Origin: Clostridia bacterium
Lineage (GTDB): Bacteria > Bacillota > Clostridia > Oscillospirales > CAG-382
Direction: 5' to 3'
Length of the DNA: 64,000 nt
Assembly (NCBI GenBank): GCA_017429165.1
Contig: JAFRPL010000037.1
Location: 3,009 to 67,008 of the forward strand
Numbering within the stretch: position 1 is the stretch's first letter; every line of letters begins with the position of its first letter. The notes beneath the pieces are model-generated. The model had not been told where the DNA came from. It did no database searches and saw nothing but the letters and a program-made list of their open reading frames with translations. The position numbers and the translations under genes are program-made. This document shows positions 1 through 10,480 of this stretch, one piece after another.

Positions 1-380
1 GTGCCGTTCAAACAACCGACGTCCAGCTTTCTGGTATTCATACGCAAAAAGATATCGCATGCTTTTTCGGGGTCGGATTCGAGTTTGAGCGTATTCGCAA
101 AGTCGTTGGTCGACCCTGCCGGGATATACCCCAGCGGCACGTCGCACTCACTCGCCATATATCCGTTGAGCACCTCGTTGAGCGTGCCGTCGCCGCCGAC
201 GACAATGATCATATCGAATCCGCGGCATTTTTCGCGTACGAAACAAAGCGTCTGTTCCTTGCTTTGCGTGACGTAAACTTTGAATTCGTTCCCCTTTTTA
301 AGCTTACGCCTTATTATTTCAAGGTGCTCGGCGGCCTTTCCTCTGCCGGCTCTTAAGTTGACAATAACCAGAATTTTCAT
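1..380 (-). CDS. Diacylglycerol/lipid kinase family protein (DAGK catalytic domain, YegS/DagK-like); only about 126 N-terminal codons, gene runs off the left edge
   Basis: Not in the ORF track (no stop in window). The minus strand from ATG 380-378 reads MKILVIVNLRAGRGKAAEHLEIIRRKLKKGNEFKVYVTQSKEQ...DMIIVVGGDGTLNEVLNGYMASECDVPLGYIPAGSTNDFANTL. This carries the GGDGT and IPxGSxNDFA motifs of DAGK_cat. ATGA start/stop overlap with mtnA. The listed + ORF 1..276 is its antisense shadow. Confidence 0.8.
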   Translation of the reverse strand, partial: MKILVIVNLRAGRGKAAEHLEIIRRKLKKGNEFKVYVTQSKEQTLCFVREKCRGFDMIIVVGGDGTLNEVLNGYMASECDVPLGYIPAGSTNDFANTLKLESDPEKACDIFLRMNTRKLDVGCLNG

Positions 381-1423
381 ATAAACTCCGAAATCTCTTT
401 ATTGTTGAACACGCCATTTTCGGTTATATACCCGGTGACAAGCGACGCAGGCGTAACGTCGAACGCGGGATTGTAAACCTTGACTTCCGCGGGCGACATA
501 CGATCTTTGTAGAAGTATTCGGTCACTTCCTCGGGCTTGCGGTGTTCTATGACGATAGCGCTGCCGTTCGGTATGCTCTTATCTACCGTAGAGCTCGGGG
601 CCGCCACGTAGAAAGGAACGCCGAAATGAGCGCAGTTCACGGCAAGCGAAAGGGTCCCGGTCTTGTTTGCAAAATCACCGTTTGCGGCGACTCTGTCGCA
701 GCCGACGATCGCGATATCGATATTTCCAGCCGCCATAAGACCCGCCGCCATATTATCGCAGATAAGAGTGGTGTCGATCCCTGCGTTGCAAAGCTCAAAG
801 CAGGTGAGCCGCGCGCCCTGAAGCAGCGGACGCGTCTCATCCGCGTAAACGCGCACTTTTTTTCCGTTCGACGCTGCCTCGTAAATCGGCGCGAGCGCTG
901 TACCGTATTCAACGGCGCACAGTGAACCGGCGTTGCAGTGCGTAATGACCGCACAGCCGTTTGTAAGCAGTTTTTCGCCGAATGAACCGATTGAATGGCA
1001 TACTTCGATATTCTCTTTTTCTATGGCGAACGATTCTTTGCGCAGTTCGGCGAGCTTTTCTTTAACCGTCTTTCCTCTGCCGCATGCGGCTTCCATACGC
1101 TCGCACGCGTAAAACAGATCTCTTGCGGTAGGCCGCGACGAAGATATGAATTCGCAAGTCTTTTTGAAAGAATACGAAAAGCCCTCGGCTGTGACGTCTT
1201 CGAAACGGTACGCACACGCGTAAAGGCCCAGCGCTGCGCCTACGCCTATTGCCGGCGCGCCGCGCAAAGCGAGCGTTTTAATTGATTCATAAAGGTCGCG
1301 CGCGGTGGAAATACGTTTATATACGAGTTCGCCCGGCAGCCGCGTCTGATCTATTATGACGAGTTCTTCGGTTTCCGTATCAAAATACAGGGTACGAAGC
1401 AAACCGTTATTTATGTCTTTCAT
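377..1423 (-). CDS. mtnA: S-methyl-5-thioribose-1-phosphate isomerase (eIF-2B alpha/beta/delta-like MtnA family)
   Basis: ORF 377..1573 trimmed to ATG 1423 (MKDINNGLLRTLYFDTETEELVIIDQTRLP). Family hallmarks are LALRGAPAIGV, ADETRPLLQGARLT and GCDRVAANGD. The Arg-rich N-terminal extension in the track overlaps the upstream gene. ATGA overlaps on both sides. Confidence 0.85.
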   Translation of the reverse strand: MKDINNGLLRTLYFDTETEELVIIDQTRLPGELVYKRISTARDLYESIKTLALRGAPAIGVGAALGLYACAYRFEDVTAEGFSYSFKKTCEFISSSRPTARDLFYACERMEAACGRGKTVKEKLAELRKESFAIEKENIEVCHSIGSFGEKLLTNGCAVITHCNAGSLCAVEYGTALAPIYEAASNGKKVRVYADETRPLLQGARLTCFELCNAGIDTTLICDNMAAGLMAAGNIDIAIVGCDRVAANGDFANKTGTLSLAVNCAHFGVPFYVAAPSSTVDKSIPNGSAIVIEHRKPEEVTEYFYKDRMSPAEVKVYNPAFDVTPASLVTGYITENGVFNNKEISEFI

Positions 1424-2235
1424 ATCTCGGCTAAGACGTCTTTCATAAGTGCGCCGAACATCGCGGAAGCCTTGACGCCCGCTTCGATGACCTCTTCTTC
1501 GGTGAGCTTGTTGCCGGTGATGCCGGCGGCAGCGTTGGCTATGAGCGATATCCCGCACACCCTTATGCCGCAATGGCGAGCCTGTATTACTTCGGGCACC
1601 GTTGACATACCCACGGCGTCTGCTCCAAGTGCGCGGAACGCGCGTATTTCAGCCGGCGTCTCATAAGAAGGTCCCGTAACGCCGATATACACGCCTTCTT
1701 GCATATAAACGCCCATTTTGCACGCTTTGGCTTTTACGAGCTTGCCGAGTTCTTTATCGTACGCCTGCGTCATATCGGGGAATCTCACCCCCAGTTCGGG
1801 ATCGTTCGCTCCCACAAGCGGATTCGGCAGATAATTGATATGATCGGTGATAAGCATAAGATCGCCCGCAGTAAAGCGGAGATTGATACCGCCTGATGCG
1901 TTGGTGATGAACAGGGTGTCTACTCCGGCGGCTTTCATAACTTTAACGGGATAGACGACTTTATCGATACCCTTTCCTTCATAATAATGCGTTCTACCGG
2001 AAAAGCACAGCACGCCGTTATCGCCTATCTTGATAAAATAGAGACGTCCTTCGTGCCCGGGAGCGGTAGATACCGCCATTCCGTCGATATCCGCATACGA
2101 AAGCGAGGGTACGTCGCCGAAAAGCGAAGGAAAACCGCCGAGCCCGGAACCGAGGACCAGTGCGGTCTTGAATTTTACTCCGGGGAATTTTGCCGAGGCA
2201 AACGAAGTGATGACTTCAGCTGCTCTTTTGTACAT
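1420..2235 (-). CDS. punA: Purine nucleoside phosphorylase, trimeric PunA type (6-oxopurine specific); in this context possibly a methylthioinosine/5'-deoxyinosine phosphorylase
   Basis: 271 aa, collinear with B. subtilis PunA as I recall it. Motifs: LGSGLG, GRTHYYEG, ITNASGG, RFPDM, GPSYETPAE, GMSTVPE. The stop overlaps the mtnA start (ATGA). Confidence 0.8.
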   Translation of the reverse strand: MYKRAAEVITSFASAKFPGVKFKTALVLGSGLGGFPSLFGDVPSLSYADIDGMAVSTAPGHEGRLYFIKIGDNGVLCFSGRTHYYEGKGIDKVVYPVKVMKAAGVDTLFITNASGGINLRFTAGDLMLITDHINYLPNPLVGANDPELGVRFPDMTQAYDKELGKLVKAKACKMGVYMQEGVYIGVTGPSYETPAEIRAFRALGADAVGMSTVPEVIQARHCGIRVCGISLIANAAAGITGNKLTEEEVIEAGVKASAMFGALMKDVLAEI

Positions 2236-2238
2236 GAT

Positions 2239-3492
2239 TCATACTCCTATCTCGTATTTCAGTTTTTCGGTATCTATAGTAAAATATTCGCCGTCTTTGT
2301 ACAGTATCTTTCCGTTTACCACAGTCATATAAGCTTCGCCGTCGCAGGAGTACAAAAGCGTATCGGCTTCATCCGGCGAAGGCATGGTATTGACGGTATC
2401 GACCCTGAACAACGCAAGGTCTGCACACATACCTTCTTTTATAAGTCCGCTGTCCGCCCTCCCCTGCGAAAGCCATCCGTTTCTCGTCGCGGCCTTGAGC
2501 GTTTCCGCGGTGGTACATAAGGTAGGATCGCAAGCGGCACCTTTGGCGAGGAGCGCCATTAGTTTAGCTTCTTTAAGCATATTGAGATTATTGTTAGACG
2601 CCACGCCGTCTGTGCCTAAACAAACGGGAACGCCGTTTTTGAAACATTTTGAATAATCCGGTATCCCGCTTCCGAGTTTTAGATTAGAAGTGGGACACGA
2701 CGCCATAAACGCGCCTTTTTCCGCCATAAGCGCCAGGTCGTCGTCGGAACAGTAGACGCAGTGGGCGGCGATGACGCGATTTTCGAACGCCCCGCATTTT
2801 TCCATAAAACGCACGGGCGTCATCCCGCGGCGTTCGATACAGGCGGCGTGTTCTGCCTTTGTCTCGGAAATATGCACGTGGAACCCGGCGCCGTGTCTGC
2901 TTGCAAGTTCGGCGATGGCGCGCACGCTGTTTTCGGTATTGGTGTATTCGGCGTGGACGGAACAGTCGACCCGGATATCGCCGTCGTTTGCGCCGACTTC
3001 GGAAAACAGCTCTTCGTACATACGTATCTCGGGCCTGTTTATAAAAGGATCCGAAGGATCGAAGCAGACTACCGAGACTGAAACGTTCGCCTTTATCCCG
3101 GCGTCGCGGTAGGCGCGGATCATATCTTTGCCGGAGACGATATACATATCGTTCGAAGAAACGACGCCGTATTTGAGCATTTCCGCACAGGCGGCGAGAG
3201 TGCCGTTATAGATATCACCGCCGGTAAGCAGAGCCTCTTTGGGGAATATCGCCTCGTTTAGCCAGCGCTGAAGAGGCAGATCCGTTCCGGCGCCGCGCAG
3301 CAGGACCATCGCGTTATGCGAATGCGCCGAACAAAACGCCGGCGTCATCAGCAGACCGGTACAGTCGAATTCCTCTCCGTATCCTTCCGCATAGTCGCCG
3401 ATATGACAAATAACACCGTCTTTGATCCCGACGCACACTCCGGCGCCGGGCTTGAAATTTTCATCGAGTATCACAACGTTACGGAAAAGCAT
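2239..3492 (-). CDS. mtaD: 5'-methylthioadenosine/S-adenosylhomocysteine (5'-deoxyadenosine) deaminase-like amidohydrolase
   Basis: ORF 2239..3525 trimmed to ATG 3492 (MLFRNVVILD), preceded by GGAGGTGG. Metal-binding SAHSHNAMVLLRGAGTDLPLQRWL resembles the MtaD HxH...LxxWL block. The C-terminal part has GTDG and a VVNGKILYKDGE tail. Confidence 0.75.
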   Translation of the reverse strand: MLFRNVVILDENFKPGAGVCVGIKDGVICHIGDYAEGYGEEFDCTGLLMTPAFCSAHSHNAMVLLRGAGTDLPLQRWLNEAIFPKEALLTGGDIYNGTLAACAEMLKYGVVSSNDMYIVSGKDMIRAYRDAGIKANVSVSVVCFDPSDPFINRPEIRMYEELFSEVGANDGDIRVDCSVHAEYTNTENSVRAIAELASRHGAGFHVHISETKAEHAACIERRGMTPVRFMEKCGAFENRVIAAHCVYCSDDDLALMAEKGAFMASCPTSNLKLGSGIPDYSKCFKNGVPVCLGTDGVASNNNLNMLKEAKLMALLAKGAACDPTLCTTAETLKAATRNGWLSQGRADSGLIKEGMCADLALFRVDTVNTMPSPDEADTLLYSCDGEAYMTVVNGKILYKDGEYFTIDTEKLKYEIGV

Positions 3493-3515
3493 TCGACCAC
3501 CTCCGCTTTTTGAAT

Positions 3516-3544
3516 ATTTTAACATATAATTTTATGATTTTCAA
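3516..3544 (-). promoter_or_regulatory. Sigma-A type promoter for the mtaD-punA-mtnA-dagK operon
   Basis: Minus strand reads TTGAAA (3544-3539), 17-nt spacer, TGt-extended TAAAAT (3521-3516). It lies about 24 nt upstream of ATG 3492. Confidence 0.5.
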
Positions 3545-3551
3545 TATATAC

Positions 3552-3580
3552 TTGCAAATTTACGCGCGTTATGTTAAAAT
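3552..3580 (+). promoter_or_regulatory. Sigma-A type promoter upstream of the SGNH hydrolase gene
   Basis: TTGCAA (3552-3557), 17 nt, TGt-extended TAAAAT (3575-3580). It covers the ATG at 3571, which argues for the 3595 start. Caveat: the predicted TSS would fall at the very edge of the GAGGTG RBS. Confidence 0.4.
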
Positions 3581-3594
3581 ATCATGAGGTGAAA

Positions 3595-4725
3595 ATGATG
3601 GACTCTTACTATTTCGGCAAACCCAAGGCAAGCGGATACGACTATTCGAAAGCCGTAACCGTCAAAGCCGAGAAGATCAAGAAAGAATACGTTACGGAAC
3701 TTACCGACGAATACGTATATATAAACGCCGATAACGAGATTTTCGAAATCGGCGGATTGCTTCCTCCGCACCTGAATCACGGCGAATATTACAGGCTCGA
3801 CGCTTCTAAACGCAGCGAATATCACGACGGCAAAGATACGCTTTCCGACTGCACTTCCGGCGGTACGCTCCGCTTTTATACCGACGCGGACAGATTCGTG
3901 CTCAAAGTTAAATACCGTTCGTGTTGCCTGGGGATGCATCACTTCTGCGACAGGGGCGTTTACGGCTTCGATATGTATCTCGGTACCGGCACTGACAAGA
4001 CTTATTGCGGCGCCATGATGCAGACTTTCGCCGACAATCCAACTGAAAACGCTCAAATTCTGAAGATGCCGCAAGGATACAAAGAAGTAACTGTCGAATT
4101 CCCTCTTTACGGCGGTATCCAAACGCTCGATATAGGTATTCCCCGCGGCGCGCACATTGCTAAACCGGCTCCCAGGACGTTTAAACCGGTGGCGTTTTAC
4201 GGATCGTCCATCACGCAGGGCGGCTGCGTTTCGAGACCGGGTTCGATGTATTCGAACATAATTTGCCGCGCGCTCGATTGCGACAACATAAATATGGGCT
4301 ATTCCGGTTCCGCTTTCGGCGAACAGTACGTTGCGGAATGGATAGGCGAACGCGACATTTCGGCGTTCGTTATGGACTACGATTACAATTCGCGCTCCGT
4401 TGAGGAACTCGACGCGACCCACGAGCCGTTTTACGAGACCGTACGCAACGCGCACCCCGATATCCCTATTCTTATAGTTACGCATCCGTGCTTCTGGGAC
4501 GTCACCGAAAACGACCGCAAAAAGAGCCGCATCTGCCGCAGGACGTACGACAAAATGAAAAAGCGCGGCGACAACGTATATTTTATCGACGGCGGCAGGT
4601 TTTTCCCGGCGCCGATGAAAGATCTGTTCTGCGTGGACAACCTGCATCCCAATGATCTCGGCCACTATTATATGGCGAAAGCCATTTATCCCGTACTGGC
4701 TCGGGCGCTGAAAGGAAACAAATAA
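3595..4725 (+). CDS. SGNH/GDSL-family hydrolase (esterase) with an N-terminal beta-sandwich domain
   Basis: Block I FYGSSITQGG, block II GYSGSA, block V DNLHPND. Start moved to ATG 3595 behind GAGGTG; the track start 3571 lies inside the putative promoter. Confidence 0.7.
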   Translation: MMDSYYFGKPKASGYDYSKAVTVKAEKIKKEYVTELTDEYVYINADNEIFEIGGLLPPHLNHGEYYRLDASKRSEYHDGKDTLSDCTSGGTLRFYTDADRFVLKVKYRSCCLGMHHFCDRGVYGFDMYLGTGTDKTYCGAMMQTFADNPTENAQILKMPQGYKEVTVEFPLYGGIQTLDIGIPRGAHIAKPAPRTFKPVAFYGSSITQGGCVSRPGSMYSNIICRALDCDNINMGYSGSAFGEQYVAEWIGERDISAFVMDYDYNSRSVEELDATHEPFYETVRNAHPDIPILIVTHPCFWDVTENDRKKSRICRRTYDKMKKRGDNVYFIDGGRFFPAPMKDLFCVDNLHPNDLGHYYMAKAIYPVLARALKGNK

Positions 4726-5189
4726 TGACTGACGAACAAAAACGCACTTTATGGGAATTCCTGCGCTACTGCGTGGTGGGCGGAACGGCTTTTCTGTTCG
4801 AGACCGGCACGCACTGGCTGCTCTGGAAATTCATACTCAAGGAAGAATCTTCGCTAAACACCTTCATCGCCACCGCGGTCGGCTTTATCGTGGGGCTTAT
4901 AGTCAACTACGTGCTTTCGGTCCTTTGGGTATTCACCACCGAAAAGCAGAAAAAGCAGGGACGGAACGTCAAGGCGTTCATCATCTTTACCGTCGTGGGG
5001 CTTATAGGCTTTGCGCTCAAGGAGCTGCTTATGAACGCCGGCGCGTGGATTTTCGGCGTAAGCCTTTCGGAATTCGGCAAGGAGACCGTACCGTATTATT
5101 CCACGCACATAATCTCCGCAGGTATCGTCCTCATCTGGAACTATTTAGGCAGAAAGATATTCGTATTCAAAAAAGAAAAACAGGAATAG
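4725..5189 (+). CDS. GtrA-family membrane protein (polysaccharide/glycolipid synthesis associated)
   Basis: 154 aa with four hydrophobic segments. It has a GtrA-like N-terminus (EFLRYCVVGGTAFLFETG) and C-terminal NYLGRKIFVF. ATGA overlap with the SGNH gene stop. TAG stop. Confidence 0.7.
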   Translation: MTDEQKRTLWEFLRYCVVGGTAFLFETGTHWLLWKFILKEESSLNTFIATAVGFIVGLIVNYVLSVLWVFTTEKQKKQGRNVKAFIIFTVVGLIGFALKELLMNAGAWIFGVSLSEFGKETVPYYSTHIISAGIVLIWNYLGRKIFVFKKEKQE

Positions 5190-5192
5190 TTT

Positions 5193-6987
<1,795 letters not shown>

Positions 6988-7004
<17 letters not shown>

Positions 7005-8085
7005 ACGCGACGTTTCGCTCTATATCCATTTCCCTTTTTGTGTTAAAAAATGCGCGTACTGCGCATTTTTTTCCGCGCCGTGCCAAAACGAGGAGCTCAA
7101 AGACGAATACGAGCGCGCCGTTATAAGACGGATAGATTCGCTGCCGGAAATAAACGTCAAAACCGTGTATTTCGGCGGCGGCACGCCGACCGTGATGGGA
7201 AGCGCGAGACTGTGCCGTATACTCGGTTCGATATTCAAAAAATACGATATCGAATCAAATACCGAAATAACGCTGGAAGCCAATCCCGGCACGGTCAATG
7301 CGGAAGACCTTTATGATCTTCACAGCGCGGGATTCAACAGGCTGTCGCTTGGTATGCAATCCGCTAACGACGTCACGCTCGGGATCATGGGAAGGATCCA
7401 CGACAACGCGACGTTTTTGCAATGCTATTCCGACGCGCGACGCTGTTTTGACAATATATCGCTGGATGCTATATTCGGGGTACCGGGCGACGATTTTACG
7501 GCGACCGTCAAGCAGATGACCGAGCTTGAGCCGGAACACGTTTCGGCGTATTCGTTAATGATAGAAGAAGGCACGCCGCTGTATGAAAACAGAGACAAAT
7601 ACGTTTTCCCCGACGAAAACGAAGAAGGCGCGCAGTACGAAACGCTGTGCCGCGAACTCGGCGCGCACGGATACCGCCATTACGAGATCTCGTCGTTTGC
7701 CAAGCCGGGCTACGGATCGGCGCACAACACGGTCTACTGGAAACGCGGCGAATATATAGGCATAGGTCCGGCGGCGCATTCGTTTTATAATTCAAGGCGG
7801 TTCGAAACTCCTAAAGACACGCAGCGGTTCATCAAACGCTCGGTTTTGCCGTTTTTATCGGATACCGATTATGAGTCCGCCTTGCCGTTAACTCCCGAAG
7901 AAAGCGAAGAAGAACGCGTTATGCTGGGTCTGCGGCTCGCCGAAGGAGTCAGGCTTGCCGAAAACAGGCTGGAAAAGGCAAAATATTTCGCCGAAAGCGG
8001 GTTCGGCACGCTTCAAGGCAACGTGTTCGCGCTGAACGAAGCCGGGTTCAGGGTGTCAAACGCGATAATCGCAGAACTTATATAG
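6988..8085 (+). CDS. hemW: Radical SAM heme chaperone HemW (oxygen-independent coproporphyrinogen oxidase-like)
   Basis: [17 protein letters not shown] has the CxxxCxxC radical-SAM motif. Canonical lepA-hemW synteny. Overlaps the lepA end by 17 nt. TAG stop at 8083-8085. Confidence 0.88.
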
Positions 8086-8094
8086 CAAAAACAA

Positions 8095-8129
8095 AGATCC
8101 GCCGTTACGTATTTACGTCCGGCGGATCT
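8095..8129. terminator. Bidirectional hairpin between convergent hemW and the HPr-like gene
   Basis: Perfect 10-bp stem AGATCCGCCG (8095-8104) / CGGCGGATCT (8120-8129). An A-rich tract upstream gives a U-tract for the minus strand. Confidence 0.6.
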
Positions 8130-8170
8130 ACTGCAATTCAGACTTGGGCGGGTATTCGGTTGTTTGTCGA

Positions 8171-8422
8171 TTATTCGACGATGAATTTTCTGAACTCGCC
8201 ATAATAATCGCGGTCGCTTTCTATAATAAGATCGTTCCAGTCAATTTTACGGGCGAGCGCAACTCCGAGCAAGCTCTGCGCATTTGCGGTGAAGTTACCG
8301 GCACGGAGCGTAACTTTGGTCTCGCACTTTGCGGCGGCGGCAACGAATTCGCGCACGTCGCTCATTGTATCGAGTTCTACTTTGTATTTGTATTTTATTT
8401 TTTCGGTCAATACGTTTTCCAT
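8171..8422 (-). CDS. Small HPr-fold-like protein lacking the phospho-His motif
   Basis: ORF 8171..8509 trimmed to ATG 8422 (MENVLTEKIKYKYKVELDTMSDVREFVAAAAKC...ANAQSLLGVALA). It resembles the clostridial 'HPr family' small proteins (xAKSxLGVxxL block) but has no GLHARPA His-15 site. This is recollection-based. Confidence 0.45.
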   Translation of the reverse strand: MENVLTEKIKYKYKVELDTMSDVREFVAAAAKCETKVTLRAGNFTANAQSLLGVALARKIDWNDLIIESDRDYYGEFRKFIVE

Positions 8423-8749
8423 ATAGACGTCATCCTTTCTGTAAAGAGTATTGCCCTTGTCTGAATTCGCGGGTATTATACTCGCTATTTGTGAATATTG
8501 TGTTAACATATGTTAGATGATTTGTAATATTGCATAAAATATATACCAATGATTTGTGCACATAGTTCGTTTTTGGCGTCAAATTGCATAAGAAACGAAA
8601 AAGCGCGGCGAAGTAAGAGCCAACATAAAGCAAAAACAGACCCACTGTGGCGTCTTTCGATTTTGAAAGTGTCATAGTGGGTCGTTTTCTTTCGGTTTGT
8701 CTTATCAGCTAAATTGAAAACCTGCGGTTTTCAGCGCTTTTAGTATTTT

Positions 8750-9256
8750 TCAGTTCGTTTTCCAGTAATACCAGCTTCCGCCGGCCCGGACCGCGTACGC
8801 CGTGATCTCGAACGCTTTTGCGTTTTCGGAAAATACAGTCATTTTCACTTGCGCAAAGCGATCCGGCTTTTCTGCTTCCGGCATGCGCGCCGTATATTCG
8901 GCAAAAAGCGTTTCGTATTCCGCGTCTCCGGCAGAATACTCCCCTGTAATTTCTGCGTTATAAGTGAGCTTTTTGCCGGCGTAGCGCGAAGTGACGGAAG
9001 AATACTGCTTTTTTAAATAATCCTTGAGGTCGGTATTGCGCGGCGCGTGGTCGGTTAGAACGGCCGTGTTATATTCCGAAGAATATTTAAGCATACCGTC
9101 GGCGTCGTACAGCATAGCCGCTTTCTGATACCGCCATACCGCCCGGACCGGATCGTCGGCGCCCGTCCGCGTAAGCGCCCTCACTACGAGGAAAACGCCC
9201 AAAGCGACCGCCGCGACGCATACTGCAAGCAGTATTACAAAAAGCTTTTTGCTCAT
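8750..9256 (-). CDS. Hypothetical membrane-anchored protein
   Basis: 168 aa with an N-terminal TM/signal anchor (LFVILLAVCVAAVALGVFLVV). ATGA overlap with the upstream lipoprotein gene. No recognised motif. Confidence 0.6.
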   Translation of the reverse strand: MSKKLFVILLAVCVAAVALGVFLVVRALTRTGADDPVRAVWRYQKAAMLYDADGMLKYSSEYNTAVLTDHAPRNTDLKDYLKKQYSSVTSRYAGKKLTYNAEITGEYSAGDAEYETLFAEYTARMPEAEKPDRFAQVKMTVFSENAKAFEITAYAVRAGGSWYYWKTN

Positions 9257-10260
9257 TTTTCGGTAATGACGTCTTTAGCCACCTTGACCTCGCCGTCGCA
9301 GTTGATGACGTTGCTGCGTGCGCTGACAGTGATGTTTCCGCCTTCGACCGTCACTTTTCGAGTCGCCTGGATGCCGTCGTCGGAAGCGGTGATGCTTATG
9401 TCGCCGCCGCGGATATATACGAAACCTTTGAGGACTTCTTCAGTGTTGTCAGTCTTTATGCCGTCCTTGCATTTGGTGATATTGATGACGACTCCGCTGT
9501 TGATCGCCACGGAATCGTTGCCCTTGAGCGCGTTCTTGGATGCGCTGACGGTAATATTGCCGGAAAAGATGCGGAGATCGTTCTTGGTGCCTATGCCGTT
9601 ATTATTGTTCGCCTTGATCTCGAGCGACCCGCCGCCGTTTACGGTGAGGTCGTCCTTGGAAAACAGACAGGCGTTAGGTTCGTTATCAGCGTTATCGTAC
9701 ACGTAAGTCTTGCCGTCGGTCAGAAAGTTCTTGGTTCCGTCGGCGAGGGTAACGGCCACCTTGTCGGCGGATTTGACCCATACGGGAGCAGATTTGGAGC
9801 AAATGAGGTCTAGCCCATTGAAGACGAGGCGGACTTTATCGGTCTTGGGGACTTCGACGATTATCTGGCCGTTTGTCGATCTGCCCGAAACGACGTAAGT
9901 ACCGGCGGCGGTGATGGTGACGAATGAACCGTTTGCGGTCGCGCCGACGCCGGAAACAGTCACGGAAGATCCGTCGAACACGATAGTCGTATCGTCGCTG
10001 TCATAGGAAGTCGTCTGGTCGAATTTGGTGAAATACTCGTCTTCTACTATCTGCGAAACATCTTCGCTTTCCTGAGGTTCAACGCCGCTTTCATCAGGTT
10101 GAGGCGCGGAAACATCTGCGCCGGAAGTATCGGAAGAAGTATCAGCAGAAGAAGAGCTCTCTTTTCCGGAAGTTTCGGAGGTCTCGGTGGAGTTTCCGCC
10201 GCACGCCGCCAAAGCGAGGAGCAGGCAAAGCGAAAGCAAAACAGCAATCAAACGTTTCAT
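9253..10260 (-). CDS. Lipoprotein, Cthe_2159-like carbohydrate-binding beta-helix family
   Basis: Start moved to ATG 10260 (MKRLIAVLLSLCLLLALAACGG, lipobox LAAC). Ser/Thr/Glu-rich linker. Repetitive beta-helix sequence TITAAGTYVVSG...GQIIVEV...DKVRLVFNGLDL..SKSAPVWVKSADKV..TLADGT.N.LTDG...FSKDDLTVNG.GSL is typical of that family. Confidence 0.7.
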   Translation of the reverse strand: MKRLIAVLLSLCLLLALAACGGNSTETSETSGKESSSSADTSSDTSGADVSAPQPDESGVEPQESEDVSQIVEDEYFTKFDQTTSYDSDDTTIVFDGSSVTVSGVGATANGSFVTITAAGTYVVSGRSTNGQIIVEVPKTDKVRLVFNGLDLICSKSAPVWVKSADKVAVTLADGTKNFLTDGKTYVYDNADNEPNACLFSKDDLTVNGGGSLEIKANNNNGIGTKNDLRIFSGNITVSASKNALKGNDSVAINSGVVINITKCKDGIKTDNTEEVLKGFVYIRGGDISITASDDGIQATRKVTVEGGNITVSARSNVINCDGEVKVAKDVITEK

Positions 10261-10376
10261 ATGTTCATGCCCTTTCAAAAAAGTCATATTTTTCAGTATT
10301 TGAATTTTGTCATATTAAATAAAAATAGTCAAGAGATAAAGTGTTACTAATTATTGACTAATGCTTATAATAATTG

Positions 10377-10400
10377 AAAAACCGTCCCTTTCGGAACGGT
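10377..10400 (-). terminator. Rho-independent terminator after tRNA-Thr
   Basis: The minus strand reads ACCGTtCC-gaaag-GGACGGT followed by TTTTT. Confidence 0.65.
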
Positions 10401-10404
10401 TTTC

Positions 10405-10480
10405 TGGAGCTGATGACGAGATTCGAACTCGTGACCTCATCCTTACCAAGGATGTGCGCTACCACCTGTGCCACATCAGC
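10405..10480 (-). tRNA. tRNA-Thr (anticodon GGU)
   Basis: The reverse complement GCTGATGTGGCACAGGTGGTAGCGCACATCCTTGGTAAGGATGAGGTCACGAGTTCGAATCTCGTCATCAGCTCCA folds as a cloverleaf. 7-bp acceptor stem, anticodon stem CATCC/GGATG with loop TTGGTAA, T-arm ACGAG-TTCGAAT-CTCGT, encoded CCA. One A-C mismatch in the D stem. Confidence 0.9.

Noticed and set aside
1-276. Listed plus-strand ORF at the left edge
   Set aside because: It begins with GTG at the window edge and has Ser/Pro-rich composition. The opposite strand encodes a clear DAGK-domain protein with GGDGT and NDFA motifs.
377-1573. Long N-terminal extensions in the ORF track (mtnA, mtaD, rpsB, trkA, terS, GH123-like, SBP4, Cthe_2159-like lipoprotein, among others)
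   Set aside because: The extensions are Arg-rich or overlap the upstream gene or a promoter. Internal ATGs with good Shine-Dalgarno sequences and family-typical N-termini were used instead.
3552-3557. Self-complementary TTGCAA as a shared -35 box or operator for the divergent mtaD and SGNH promoters
   Set aside because: A better-spaced TTGAAA-17-TAAAAT promoter exists for the minus-strand operon. A 6-nt palindrome by itself is not evidence of an operator.
8503-8516. Palindrome TTAACATATGTTAA resembling the LexA box core
   Set aside because: It has TAAC/GTTA instead of the essential GAAC/GTTC half-sites, so it is unlikely to bind LexA. It is reported only as a look-alike.
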